A stretch of DNA of 64,000 bases, from positions 1-64,000 of the forward strand of contig JAPDFW010000093.1 in NCBI GenBank assembly GCA_028826165.1, read 5' to 3'. Shown here piece after piece: positions 1-10,711 of the stretch. The translations under genes were made by a program, and so were the position numbers. Under the pieces are notes generated by a model. That model searched no databases and was not told the DNA's origin. It worked only from the letters and a program-made list of their open reading frames with translations. The DNA comes from Anaeramoeba ignava BMAN (taxonomy: Eukaryota; Protista; Anaeramoebae). Numbering within the stretch: the stretch's first letter is position 1; each line of letters begins with the position of its first letter.

Positions 1-3000
1 TTATCATTTGTTAATCTATAATTTAAATTATTGATAATATCTGGTAAAATAAGTAATCTATTTTGTGCATCTCCAATTTTTAAAAGGAAATTTAAATTTT
101 CTTGAATTTCATATTGATTTTCTGTTGAAATAGGTCCAAATGTAACATTTCTTAATTTTAATATATTTTGTATTTCTTCAGAAAAAAATGGGTTTGTGAT
201 TTGATTTTGAGAAAGAACTTTAAAATAATCAATTGTTTGTTCTCTTTGATTTCTTGAAAAAGCTACAATTTGTGAATCTTCCATTTTTTCATCCCATGAT
301 AAAGATCTTGTAAATTTATTACATTGAGATTCTTTTTCAATACTTTCAGTTGAAGAAAATGATCTTTTATTAATTGTAAATATTGTTTCAATTATTAAAT
401 CTGAAGTTAAATTTCTGAATTCTTGAGCCATTTCTCTTTTATTTGCAAATAATGTTGTTGTTTCCGGATAAAAATCATTCCAATCTTTAATTAATTTAAT
501 ATAAAATCCAAATAAATTCCAAAAATTGTTTAATAACATAAAAGTTGCTTCATTTTCATTAATTCTATTAATTTTAAGAGTTTTATCAAATAATTGTTTT
601 AGATTATAATTTGGATTTAGTAAAACTTCATCTCTTCTTGCAAAATTTATATTATTAAAATTTTGTTCTTTTTGGTTTAAAAAATTTGAACAAATCATGA
701 TATTTTCATTAATATTTTGAATAATAATTTGGTTTTCATCAATTTCATATTTATATTTGCAAATAGTTTCTGAATCTGTTTTACATTCTTTTTGTTCAAT
801 AAATTTAAGAGATGGGAAATATTTTAATCCAAATTCAGAATCTTTAACTCGTGAACTTGGTATTTCAAAATAAATCAAGTGTTTATCTGGTTTAAAAATG
901 AAAGTAGAATCAGGATTTGAACATCTTTTATCTTCAATATTTCCAAATATTAACAATAACCAAATTAACTCAGCTGTTTCATTTCCAACAGAATAAGCTA
1001 AATCAAAATGGAAACATTTTCTTGAATTTGGTGATTTTTGTTCTTCTTCTATTAATTTTTGTATTAATGATTTTGGATCATCTTTGAGAATATCAATATG
1101 GCAATATTTATATGGATTTTCTTGATTTTTTGTTTTGGAATTGATTTCAAATAATTCTTTTTTAATTTGGAATGTTTTACCAGAACCTGCTAATTTTGAA
1201 ATGAATACTTTCATTTTGTCAGATCTTTCTGGAAATTCCTCTTCCCATTCTTTTTGAATAAATTTTATTTGTTTTGATATTTTTGTTTCTTGATCATCTT
1301 TATTCTTCTTTTTTGCTTTTTCCAATTTAAATTCATTTTGAATTTGATCTTGTTTTAAACTTGTGAAGAAAGAACTGAAATAATTTCTTGTTTCATTTGA
1401 ATTTTCTAATGAAAATAACATTATTGATTTTTGTTTTGTTTGTGAATTATGTCTTCTTGTTGTTTTAAGTTTTGAAATCAAAATTTTTTGTAATTTTTTA
1501 GAAAGTTTATGAGGGAAAATAATTGAAAATAATTGATCATCAATTAATGTTTGTGATTTTTTAAATAAAATAATAAATCTGGAAATATCATCTTCAGTTG
1601 TGTTTTTGTTACAAAAAAGAATTTGCTCTTTTGTTGGGAATTTTTTTGTGTATTTAAGATATAATGTTGTGAGAAATTCATAAATTTCCATTTCTTTTTG
1701 AATTTGAATAACAAATATTGGTTCTTGATTTTGTGGTGGCCAATTTGTGGAAAATAATTTTTGAAGTTCATTTTGTGATTTTGATTGTTTTTTTCTTGTT
1801 TGAATATCTGCTAATTTTCTTTTGAAAGAACGGAAATCTTTTGATTCATCATTTCTATCTTTTTTCCATTTAAAATTTTCATCTATTTCCAATAAATCAA
1901 GAGATTGTCTTATTTTTTCAATTTCTTTTTTATTGGATTTTTTGGATTTAAGTGCATTATAAATTTCTTTAATTTGATCAAATTGACTTTCAAGTTTTTG
2001 ATGTAATTCTTGAATAAATAATTTAAAATCTTCTTCTTCTTTTTCATTTCTTTCCCATTTAAATTCTGAATTAGTTTTTGATAAATGAAGAATTGGTTCA
2101 ATTTTTTTAATTTCATCTCCATTATTTGATTTAAGAGAATTGTAAATAATTTTGATTTGATCATAAGAATAAAAGAAACTGTAAAAATAATTTGCAGTCA
2201 CTTCTTTTTCTATTTCTGTCCATTCCTTTTTCAATTTTTTCATTTCATCAATTATATTTTGCAAATTGACTCTTGATTTAATTTCATTTTTAATAGAATA
2301 GCCTTTAATGAATTTAGGATGAATTGATTTCTTGAAATGATCGAATAAATTAATCATTTCTTGTATAAGTGGAATATAACCAGTAAATCTTTGTACTTTT
2401 TTATCTTTTTCTTCATTTTCAAGTAATAGCATATTAATATCAACAAAATCTTGAAAAGAAAATTTATTTTGATCATTTTTCTCTTTTAATTTAAAAATTT
2501 CGCATTCAAATTCAATTTCATCTTTAATTTCAAATTTAAATATTTTCTTGGGATTAGATAAAATATTTTCTAAATTTTTGGATGCTTTTTTTTTAGGTGT
2601 TTCAATTTTTGGTCGTTTGATTTCATCATTAATTTCTGGTAAAGAAATGAAAATTTGTTTAATAATTCTTGATTGTTGAGTTTGATTAAATTCAAGTGAT
2701 AATTTCTTTTTCCAATTTTTTTCATTTTCTTTGATTAAATTAATTAAATTGCTTAAAGTTGTAATTTTTGATTTTTTTTCTGATAAAAAAATTTCAAGTC
2801 TATTCCGAATATAATCAAAAGGTGCTTCAAAAATAAAAAACTCTTCATCAATCAATTCCATTACATTACTCCAATCGTCTGTATTATCTTCCATAAAATT
2901 GAATAATTGATTATTAAAAATTGGAACACCATCTCTTACTTCTTTTATAGGGAAAATATCTGAAAGGAATGAAAAAAATTCTGGATTTAAACCTTGAATG

Positions 3001-5408
3001 AATTTTTGATAAAGGTTATAAAGTGGTATAACATCCTTTAAAGTTTTAGTTTCTATTGATTTTCCAAAAATTGATTTAAATTCTTCAAATTCTTTATCTT
3101 TTAATTCAAATTTTTCACAAAAGTGAATAAAAACTGGATAATTTTTATCGAATTCATAAAGTATTTTATATTTTTTGAGAATTTCTGATTTGAAATTTCC
3201 ATTAGTTGCTAAGTTTAATAATCTAACTTCTTCATCAATATCTTCATCACTCATTCTTAAATCAATATAGTTTTCAAGTTCTCTGAATGTAAACAATTTT
3301 TGAACAAATTTGTTTTTAATTTCATTTAATTTTTCATTTGAATTTTTGATTGTTTCAATAATATTTATTGCTTGCTGCTTAACATATAGTTTTTTCCAAA
3401 CTAAACTAACCCATTTGCTGTGAAAAATTTGATTATAAATTAACATTCTTTCAATTAGTTCTTTTGAAATTCCAAAAAAATTAAATGCATCTTTGAGTTT
3501 TACTTGAGGTGCATTTATGATTTTTGTTTTTAAATCAGGTTTTGTTGGTTTATTACCGATATAACTATACATAAAATTTTTAATGATTTCTTTTTGTTTT
3601 TCAAATAGTTCTACAATTTGGTTTGGAGTTTTCAAGTCAAATCCAGGAAATAACTTTAAAAGAAGATTGTTAAAAAATTCATTAGGAATTGAATTAAATT
3701 CTTGAATTGTTATTTCTTGTTTATCAATATAATTTTTGATTTCTGTGGTATCTTGATAATCTTGATTTAATTGAGAAAATGGTTGTTGAGAATAAGGTGG
3801 ATTAAATTTTTGATTAAGTTTCATTAAATATATCCATAATTCTAATGAATTTTTTTGAGGTATTTGATTAAATTTTTCAATTAATTTAATAAGTTTGTTA
3901 GTATTGCTTGATATAAATTTGATTGATGGATTTTGTTCTATTAACAATTTCCAAAATTGTATTTCAATTTCTTTTGGTAATTTATTTAAATATTCTTCTG
4001 GAAATGTTCTATTATTAAGGATTTCTGTATATTCTTCAATTAAAAATTTTTCAATTATTCTGTAAAAATTATTTGGAATTTGATTGTTTGGGAATATTTT
4101 ATTATCAATAACTTCTTTAATTGGTTCTTTGATATTTGATTTGGAATAATTAAAATGATATGAAGGAAAACGAATAATTTTTTGCTCTTTATTTTTATCT
4201 AATTTTTCTAATTTTTCAATAAGAGGGTTAAAAGGTTTCCAAACTTGAATAAATTCAATAATTGATTGGATTTCTTCTAATTTATCTTTGATTTCTTCAA
4301 GGATATTTATCAATAAATCAAAGGGAATTGTTTCTATTTTAATCATTTCATCTAAATTTTGGAAAAATGAATTATAATTTTGATTTGATTTTTGCACAAA
4401 TTGTTCCATTAATGAATTGATTGAAGCTTTGATTATATATTGCTCATTTTCATTTTGATTTTGATTTTGATTTTCATTTTCATTTTGATTTTGATTTTGA
4501 TTTTGATATTGGATTTGGATTTGATTTTGATTTTGATTTTGATATTGGATTTGATTTTGATTTTGATATTGATTTTTATTTTGATTTTTTTCAAAAAAGA
4601 AGTAATTAAAGATTTCTTTGAAAGCATTTTTGATGTTTGGATTGAATTGGAATTGAGGAATCTCGATTTTATATAAATCTAAAACGGGAATATATTTAAC
4701 AATTAATATAATCTCAATTTTGTCTTTGTGATTTGGAATTTGAAAGAAAATTATTTTGAATAAATTCTTAAATTTATATTTGAAAATTTCATCATAAACA
4801 TGTTTGAAACTATTGATGAGAAGAGGATTAAATATATCTGGAATAAGTTCAAATTGATTTAAAAGGATTAATTTGAAGACTTTATGTTTATCTGTTTCAT
4901 CTTTTAATTTTGGATTTTTCTTGAAATAATCTAAAACAATTTCTTTTTGAATCTTTAATAATTTAAGATTTTGTTGAAAACCTCTCACCATTTTTCCAAT
5001 TTTTAAATGTTTTGTATCAAAAGAAAGCAAAATATCAAGAAAAATAAGTTTTGCTTCTTCAGAAAATTGATTTGAATTTTTTCCATATTCAAAAAAAGCA
5101 AGATAAAATGGGTTTGATTGAATTTTTCTTTCTATTGAATCACCAAATTGAAGAATATCTTTATTGGAAGAATCTTCAGTAATAACAAAATAAAAAGGAA
5201 CTTTGAATATTTTGTTTAAATCAAGTTTCGAATACCAAATTAATTCATTTTGTTTTAATTGATTCATTTCAAGAATTTCATTTTCTTTTTCTTTTTCATT
5301 TTGCTTTTGAAGAATAACAATTAAAACTTTTTCTTTTTCTTTTTTCTTTTTAGGATCAATTAAAAGGAAAATTTGAATTAAATTTTGTTTTAAATTATTT
5401 AATTCCAT
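1..5408 (-). CDS. RNF213: RNF213-like giant AAA+ ATPase / E3 ligase family protein, 5' part (about 1,800 codons, continues beyond the left edge)
   Basis: ATG at 5408 (MELNNLKQNLIQIFLLID). The same frame reads KVFISKLAGSGKTFQIKK (Walker A, ~1160-1214), CFHFDLAYSV...LIWLLLIFGNIED...HLIYFEIP, and ends NYRLTND at the edge. This parallels the RNF213 AAA entry motifs (GxGKS, FHLDV, HLYIVEI, YELTxDN). Frame checked at the start, the N/Q repeat, the Walker region and the left end, not at every codon. Confidence 0.8.
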   Translation of the reverse strand, partial: MELNNLKQNLIQIFLLIDPKKKKEKEKVLIVILQKQNEKEKENEILEMNQLKQNELIWYSKLDLNKIFKVPFYFVITEDSSNKDILQFGDSIERKIQSNPFYLAFFEYGKNSNQFSEEAKLIFLDILLSFDTKHLKIGKMVRGFQQNLKLLKIQKEIVLDYFKKNPKLKDETDKHKVFKLILLNQFELIPDIFNPLLINSFKHVYDEIFKYKFKNLFKIIFFQIPNHKDKIEIILIVKYIPVLDLYKIEIPQFQFNPNIKNAFKEIFNYFFFEKNQNKNQYQNQNQIQYQNQNQNQIQIQYQNQNQNQNENENQNQNQNENEQYIIKASINSLMEQFVQKSNQNYNSFFQNLDEMIKIETIPFDLLINILEEIKDKLEEIQSIIEFIQVWKPFNPLIEKLEKLDKNKEQKIIRFPSYHFNYSKSNIKEPIKEVIDNKIFPNNQIPNNFYRIIEKFLIEEYTEILNNRTFPEEYLNKLPKEIEIQFWKLLIEQNPSIKFISSNTNKLIKLIEKFNQIPQKNSLELWIYLMKLNQKFNPPYSQQPFSQLNQDYQDTTEIKNYIDKQEITIQEFNSIPNEFFNNLLLKLFPGFDLKTPNQIVELFEKQKEIIKNFMYSYIGNKPTKPDLKTKIINAPQVKLKDAFNFFGISKELIERMLIYNQIFHSKWVSLVWKKLYVKQQAINIIETIKNSNEKLNEIKNKFVQKLFTFRELENYIDLRMSDEDIDEEVRLLNLATNGNFKSEILKKYKILYEFDKNYPVFIHFCEKFELKDKEFEEFKSIFGKSIETKTLKDVIPLYNLYQKFIQGLNPEFFSFLSDIFPIKEVRDGVPIFNNQLFNFMEDNTDDWSNVMELIDEEFFIFEAPFDYIRNRLEIFLSEKKSKITTLSNLINLIKENEKNWKKKLSLEFNQTQQSRIIKQIFISLPEINDEIKRPKIETPKKKASKNLENILSNPKKIFKFEIKDEIEFECEIFKLKEKNDQNKFSFQDFVDINMLLLENEEKDKKVQRFTGYIPLIQEMINLFDHFKKSIHPKFIKGYSIKNEIKSRVNLQNIIDEMKKLKKEWTEIEKEVTANYFYSFFYSYDQIKIIYNSLKSNNGDEIKKIEPILHLSKTNSEFKWERNEKEEEDFKLFIQELHQKLESQFDQIKEIYNALKSKKSNKKEIEKIRQSLDLLEIDENFKWKKDRNDESKDFRSFKRKLADIQTRKKQSKSQNELQKLFSTNWPPQNQEPIFVIQIQKEMEIYEFLTTLYLKYTKKFPTKEQILFCNKNTTEDDISRFIILFKKSQTLIDDQLFSIIFPHKLSKKLQKILISKLKTTRRHNSQTKQKSIMLFSLENSNETRNYFSSFFTSLKQDQIQNEFKLEKAKKKNKDDQETKISKQIKFIQKEWEEEFPERSDKMKVFISKLAGSGKTFQIKKELFEINSKTKNQENPYKYCHIDILKDDPKSLIQKLIEEEQKSPNSRKCFHFDLAYSVGNETAELIWLLLIFGNIEDKRCSNPDSTFIFKPDKHLIYFEIPSSRVKDSEFGLKYFPSLKFIEQKECKTDSETICKYKYEIDENQIIIQNINENIMICSNFLNQKEQNFNNINFARRDEVLLNPNYNLKQLFDKTLKINRINENEATFMLLNNFWNLFGFYIKLIKDWNDFYPETTTLFANKREMAQEFRNLTSDLIIETIFTINKRSFSSTESIEKESQCNKFTRSLSWDEKMEDSQIVAFSRNQREQTIDYFKVLSQNQITNPFFSEEIQNILKLRNVTFGPISTENQYEIQENLNFLLKIGDAQNRLLILPDIINNLNYRLTND

Positions 5409-5734
5409 TTTTAAAAAAAAAATGAAAAAAATGAATAAATAATTTTCTTTTTTTCCTCTTTTTTTTCCTCTTTTTTTTTTGAAATAATAAATAAAGAAAT
5501 AATAAAAAAGAATAATAAAAATTTATTCAAAATATATTTTAAAGAATTTTTTTATGGGAATTAATTAATTTAAATTATTTTATTTTGAGAGAAAAAATTA
5601 ACTAAAATAAATCAAACAATCAATCAATTAAAAAGAAAAGAAAAGAATCTTTAATTGAATTTAATTGAATTTGATTTTTATTTTGATTATTTTTAAAAAG
5701 AAAAAAAATTTGAAATTTTATTGTAAAAAAAGAA

Positions 5735-5940
5735 GTGAATTTGAATTTGAATTTGGATTTGGATTTGATTTTGATTTAGATTTTGATTTTGAATTTGATT
5801 TAGATTTAGATTTTGATTTTGAATTTGAATTTGAATTTGATTTTGATTTTGAATTTGAATTTGAATTTGATTTTGAATTTGAATTTGATTTTGATTTTGA
5901 TTTTGATTTTGATTTTGATTTTGATTTTGAATTTGAATTT
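5735..5940. repeat. (GATTTT/GAATTT)n hexamer microsatellite, intergenic
   Basis: Directly visible tandem hexamers downstream of the p24 stop codon. Confidence 0.95.
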
Positions 5941-5944
5941 TAAT

Positions 5945-7341
5945 TTAAACTCTTCTTTTTGTTTCGAACATTTTTCGAATATAAAGTATTTGTATTGCTG
6001 TCATTGTAGCTAATAAAGTTAATTCAAGAAAAGAAAACCATAAAACTCTTGAATTTGTACTTTCAGTTGTGTTTCTATGAATCATTTCTCTTGTTTTATA
6101 ATATCTTTGTTCAGATCTAATTCTTTGAATTCTTTCATTTAATTCAACAACACCTTTTTCAAGTCCAGTAACTTTATCTTTAATATTTTAATTTTAATTT
6201 TAATTTTAATTTTAATTTTAATTTTAATTTTAATTTTAGTTTTAATTTTAATTTTAATTTTAATTTTAATTTTAATTTTAATTTTAATTTTAATTTTAAT
6301 TTTAATTTTAATTTTAATTTTAATTTTAATTTTAATTTTAATTTTAATTTAAATTTAAATTTAAATTTTAATTTTAATTTTAATTTTAATTTTAATTTTA
6401 ATTTTAATTTTAATTTTAATTTTAATTTTAATTTTAATTTTAATTTTAATTTTAATTCTAATTCTAAATTTAAATTTTAATTTTAATTTTTAATATTATT
6501 TACCTTCAACAAAATCAGTGTTGTCAATTCCATATGGAAGTTGTAAATTAAAATTAATTTTCTTTATTGAAACACTTGACATAGTATTATCAAAACAAAA
6601 AGAATAAAGACCTGCTTCATTTGTTGAAAAAGTAAATTTTGATTCTTTCTGTTTTTCTTCTTGATAAAAAATACTTCCATGAGGTAAAAGAACCTTAAAT
6701 TTTAATTTTAATTTTAATTATAAAATAAATTGAGAAAAAAACGTGGTTTCAAAATTGATTTTGAATTTTTAATTTTAATTTTAATTTTAATTTTAATTTT
6801 AATTTTAATTTTAATTTTAATTTTAAATTTTAATTTATTTTAAAATTGATTTTAATTTTAATTTTAATTTTAATTTTTAATTTTAATTTTAATTTTAATT
6901 TTAATTTTAATTTTAATTTTAATTTTAATTTTAATTTTAAATTTTAATTTTTAATTTTAATTTTAATTTTAATTTTTAATTTTAGATTTTTAATTTTAAT
7001 TTTAATTTTAATTTTAATTTTAATTTTAATTTTAATTTTAATTTTAATTTTAATTTTAATTGTAAATGAATTTTTAATTTTAATTTTAATTTTAATTGTA
7101 AATGAATTTTAATTTTAATTTTAAAATTGTAATTGAATTTTTGATTTTAAAATTGATTTACTTGAAAATTAATATCACTTTGTCCACCAGAAATTACTTG
7201 ATAATCAAGTGAAACTTTAGTTGCAACTCCAATATCTTCATAAAAACATTGAATTTGAGATGCTGGAACAATAAAAGTTATACAATTCGTTTGTTGTAAG
7301 AGAATAACAACAAAAATTAAAAGAATTATTGACAAATTCAT
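5945..7341 (-). CDS. p24/emp24/gp25L (TMED) GOLD-domain cargo receptor; exons 7341-7162, 6693-6504, 6177-5945
   Basis: Signal peptide MNLSIILLIFVVILL, GOLD motifs QCFYED and GLYSFCFDNTMS, coiled coil ending HRNTTESTNSRVLWFS, TM helix, tail MFETKRRV (p24beta/TMED2-like). GT-AG introns join in frame. Confidence 0.92.
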
Positions 7342-7450
7342 TAATATTTTAAAAATGAAAAAAAAAAAGAAAAAAAAAATTAAAAAAAAAAAAGAAAAAA
7401 TTTTTTTAAAATAATTTTGACTCATTTTTATTTTGAATTAATAATTTTAT

Positions 7451-9301
7451 TTATTTTTTATTTAAAATTAATTGTTTAATTTTTGTTTTTGTTAAAAGTG
7501 GAAGAGGTTGTTTTTCTAAAAGAAGAATGAAATCAATATCTGAAGCAAATAATTTAGTTAAGATCTTTTGAGAAATTTTTTCAACTTCTTCATTTTTACT
7601 TGATAATAAATTACTTATTAATTCCAATAATAAATCAATATCTTCAAATAATAATTTTTCTTTTTGAATAATAAAAGGAATAATTTTTTCAATAAATTGA
7701 AGTGATTTAATTTTTAATTGAAGAGAATAATGTCCACTTAATTTTAATAAAGAATGTAATATTTTTTTTGATGGAAATTTTTCACATAAAATGTTAAAGC
7801 ATTTTAATGATATTTTAGATATTTTTTTCTCTTCTCTAAGTGAACCAAAAACAACTAAATTTGTAATAGAATCAATTTCGGATAGGATTTTCATTCCAAA
7901 TATTCTAATTAAAACATAACAAGTTTTCATAATTTCTTGAATTAATTTTGAATTTGATTTGAAAAATAAAGAAAATAAATTGCTTAAAATTGCATGAGAA
8001 AATGGAGGAATTTGTTCTTTTTTTTTAGATCTTGAAATTTTTTGTATAATTTTACAACTTTGGATTTGTTTTTTTTCAGTTTCATTTTCTAAATCAAGTA
8101 ATAATTTTTGAATTTTTTCTGTGATTTGATTTTTGCTGTTAAATTCTTGGAAGTTTATTTGGCTTGAAATTGAGAGAATATCATCACTAATTTCAGATTC
8201 ACTTAAATTTTCATTTCCAAATTGATTTTCAAATTGATTTTTAAATTCATTTTTAAATTGATTTTCATTTTTAAATTGATTTTTAAATTGATTTTCATTT
8301 CCAAATTGATTTTCATTCCCAAATTGATTTTCATTTCCAAATTGATTTTTAAATTGATTTTCATTTTTAAATTCATTTTTAAATTCATTTTCATTTCCAA
8401 ATTGATTTTCATTTTTAAATTCATTTTTAAATTCATTTTTAAATTCATTTTTAAATTGATTTGGATTTGGAAATGGTTTTTCTCTTCTTAATAAACTTAA
8501 ATCCCTAAAACTCCTTATATTATCTCTTGTTCTTCGTAGTTTAAAATCATTTGCTTCAAAATTTTTCCATTCAGATTGATCTAATTCATCTTTTTCAAAT
8601 TCATTCAATAATTCTAAATTTTTCTCAAATTCTTTTATATCAATGTTTTTATTTTCAGAATCAATAATCTCCTTCAAATTTTTAAATCCAAATTTCATTT
8701 TGATAAATTCTAAAGTCTTGAACAAATAAGTTGTTTTAAAATTAATCCAATTATTCTTTTCAGAAATATTTGATAAAACAAATGAAATTAAATCTTTTTT
8801 ATCAATTAACAAAAAATCAACATTTGGATTTTCAAAAATAATCATCAAGATGGAAAATAAATCATCTTTTGCATTTCTAATATTTTTCATTGCTTGAAAA
8901 ACTTGATTTGGAGAAATAATTACAACAAAAAGACTTATAATTTCCTTAATCTTCTTTTTAATAATAATAATTTCATTTTCAAGAAAAAATCGACAAAGAA
9001 ATTGAATTAGTTTTTCATAATTTTGATTTAAAATATCAATTCCCATTTTTGAAATTAAAATTTGAAGAGAATCCAAACAAATTAACTTTGAATCCAAATT
9101 TCCATTTTGAATAAATTTTCGATGTATTTCAATCAATTCTTTATAATTTTCACTTAAAATATCTTCATTTTGAATAATTAAAATTTTATCTCTTAATTCT
9201 GTAATTTTTTGTAAATTTAAATTTTTAAAATTTTTTTTCAATTCTAAAATATAAAATTGAAACTCTTCATTGCTTTTTGAATTTAAATTTTTTTTTTGCA
9301 T
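7451..9301 (-). CDS. HEAT/TOG-repeat protein (CLASP/TOGARAM-like), 616 aa, intronless, with central ENQFG/NEFK repeat
   Basis: Amphipathic helical HEAT-like blocks at both ends separated by low-complexity repeats. The C-terminal block resembles a TOG domain; family assignment is tentative. Confidence 0.6.
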   Translation of the reverse strand: MQKKNLNSKSNEEFQFYILELKKNFKNLNLQKITELRDKILIIQNEDILSENYKELIEIHRKFIQNGNLDSKLICLDSLQILISKMGIDILNQNYEKLIQFLCRFFLENEIIIIKKKIKEIISLFVVIISPNQVFQAMKNIRNAKDDLFSILMIIFENPNVDFLLIDKKDLISFVLSNISEKNNWINFKTTYLFKTLEFIKMKFGFKNLKEIIDSENKNIDIKEFEKNLELLNEFEKDELDQSEWKNFEANDFKLRRTRDNIRSFRDLSLLRREKPFPNPNQFKNEFKNEFKNEFKNENQFGNENEFKNEFKNENQFKNQFGNENQFGNENQFGNENQFKNQFKNENQFKNEFKNQFENQFGNENLSESEISDDILSISSQINFQEFNSKNQITEKIQKLLLDLENETEKKQIQSCKIIQKISRSKKKEQIPPFSHAILSNLFSLFFKSNSKLIQEIMKTCYVLIRIFGMKILSEIDSITNLVVFGSLREEKKISKISLKCFNILCEKFPSKKILHSLLKLSGHYSLQLKIKSLQFIEKIIPFIIQKEKLLFEDIDLLLELISNLLSSKNEEVEKISQKILTKLFASDIDFILLLEKQPLPLLTKTKIKQLILNKK

Positions 9302-9510
9302 TTTTTTTTAAAGAAAAAAGAAAAAAGAAAAATGAAAAATGATTTTTTAAAAAATAAAATTAAAATTAAAACAAATTTCAAAGTCAATTTTGTTTTATTT
9401 TTTATTTTTAAAAGAAGAAAAAAAATGATCCAAAAAAAAAAGAAGAATTTTTTTTTTGCTTTTTGAATTTGATTTGATTTGATTTGTTTTTTAAAAAAAA
9501 AAATTGATAT

Positions 9511-10305
9511 TCATTTAAGATCCAATGCATACATTTTCAAATTAAATAAACCATTTTTTGATTGAGTTAAAATAGCATAAGAAGATTTTTGGAAACCAGA
9601 ATGAAAAGGACCCAAACTTGCAACTTTTTCATCATCAAGAGAAACTAATCTATGAGTATGACCAGTAAGTAAAAAATCTGATTGATTTGGGAAAATATTT
9701 TTATAATGAAAACGAAGAGATCTCAAAAAGGGTTTAACTTCAATATCAGAAAGCCAAAAATGGTTTAAACCGTCATGAGTAAGAAATAAACGAGGACAAT
9801 TAATATTATAAGTTAAATTTTCATTTAGATTTTCAGTTAAATTTTCTTTTAAATTTTCTTTTAAATTTTCTTTTAAATTTTCTTTTAATTCTTCTTTTAA
9901 TTCTTCTTTATTTAATTCCCAAAATGATTCTTTGGCTAAATATACTTGATCTCCATATTCTTCTCTTAACTTTTTTCTAACTGATGTTAAAAGCATCTCA
10001 TCATGATTTCCTAATAATAAATATAACGGCTTTTTTTTACATATTTTTCCTATTATTTCAATTGCATAATGTTGATCATCTTTACAAGAAAAATGAAACA
10101 AATCTCCAAGACAAATTATTTGAGAAACGTTTTCTTTTTTTATTAATTGATCAAGTAATTCAATTGTTTCTTCTATTTTTTCCATTGGAAAATAAGAACC
10201 TTTATTTGAAAAATGTGAATCTGAAAATATTATTGCATTCCAATTTTCATTTTTAGGAGGAAATATTGTTTCACAAATTGCACTTGTATTATTTAATTGT
10301 AACAT
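9511..10305 (-). CDS. Calcineurin-like metallophosphoesterase, intronless
   Basis: All five MPP motifs: FSDSH, LGDLFH, LGNHD, LTHDG, GHTH. Start placed at MLQLNN (10305) because the upstream ORF-track extension is T/A-run UTR-like sequence. Confidence 0.9.
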   Translation of the reverse strand: MLQLNNTSAICETIFPPKNENWNAIIFSDSHFSNKGSYFPMEKIEETIELLDQLIKKENVSQIICLGDLFHFSCKDDQHYAIEIIGKICKKKPLYLLLGNHDEMLLTSVRKKLREEYGDQVYLAKESFWELNKEELKEELKENLKENLKENLKENLTENLNENLTYNINCPRLFLTHDGLNHFWLSDIEVKPFLRSLRFHYKNIFPNQSDFLLTGHTHRLVSLDDEKVASLGPFHSGFQKSSYAILTQSKNGLFNLKMYALDLK

Positions 10306-10711
10306 ATTATCATTTTCCTTTTTTTTTTTTTTGATATTTTTTTTTTTAAAAAGCAAAATTCGAATAAGAAAAAGAAAAAGAAAAAAAAGCAAAAAAAAAA
10401 ATTTCATAAATTAAATTATTTTTATTATATTATTTTATTTACCATTATAAATTCTCAATGATTTTGATTTAAATTTTTGATTTATTAAAAAAAAAAATTC
10501 TAAAAGGGATTAAAAAATTTTTTTCTTTTCTTGATTTAATTTAATTTAAAATTAACTTTGATTAATGAAAAAGAAAAGGAAAAAGAAAATGAAAAAAAAT
10601 TTTTTCCAAATTAAAAAATTAAATTTTTTTCCTTTTTTTTTTTTTCTCCTTTTTATTTTTTTATTTTTTTCAATTTTTCATTTTTTCATTTTTTTAATTT
10701 AATAATTTTTA

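Noticed and set aside
1-5408. Apparent gene desert or pseudogene according to the ORF track
   Set aside because: One minus-strand frame is consistent from ATG 5408 to the edge wherever checked; it is probably unlisted only because it has no stop inside the window.
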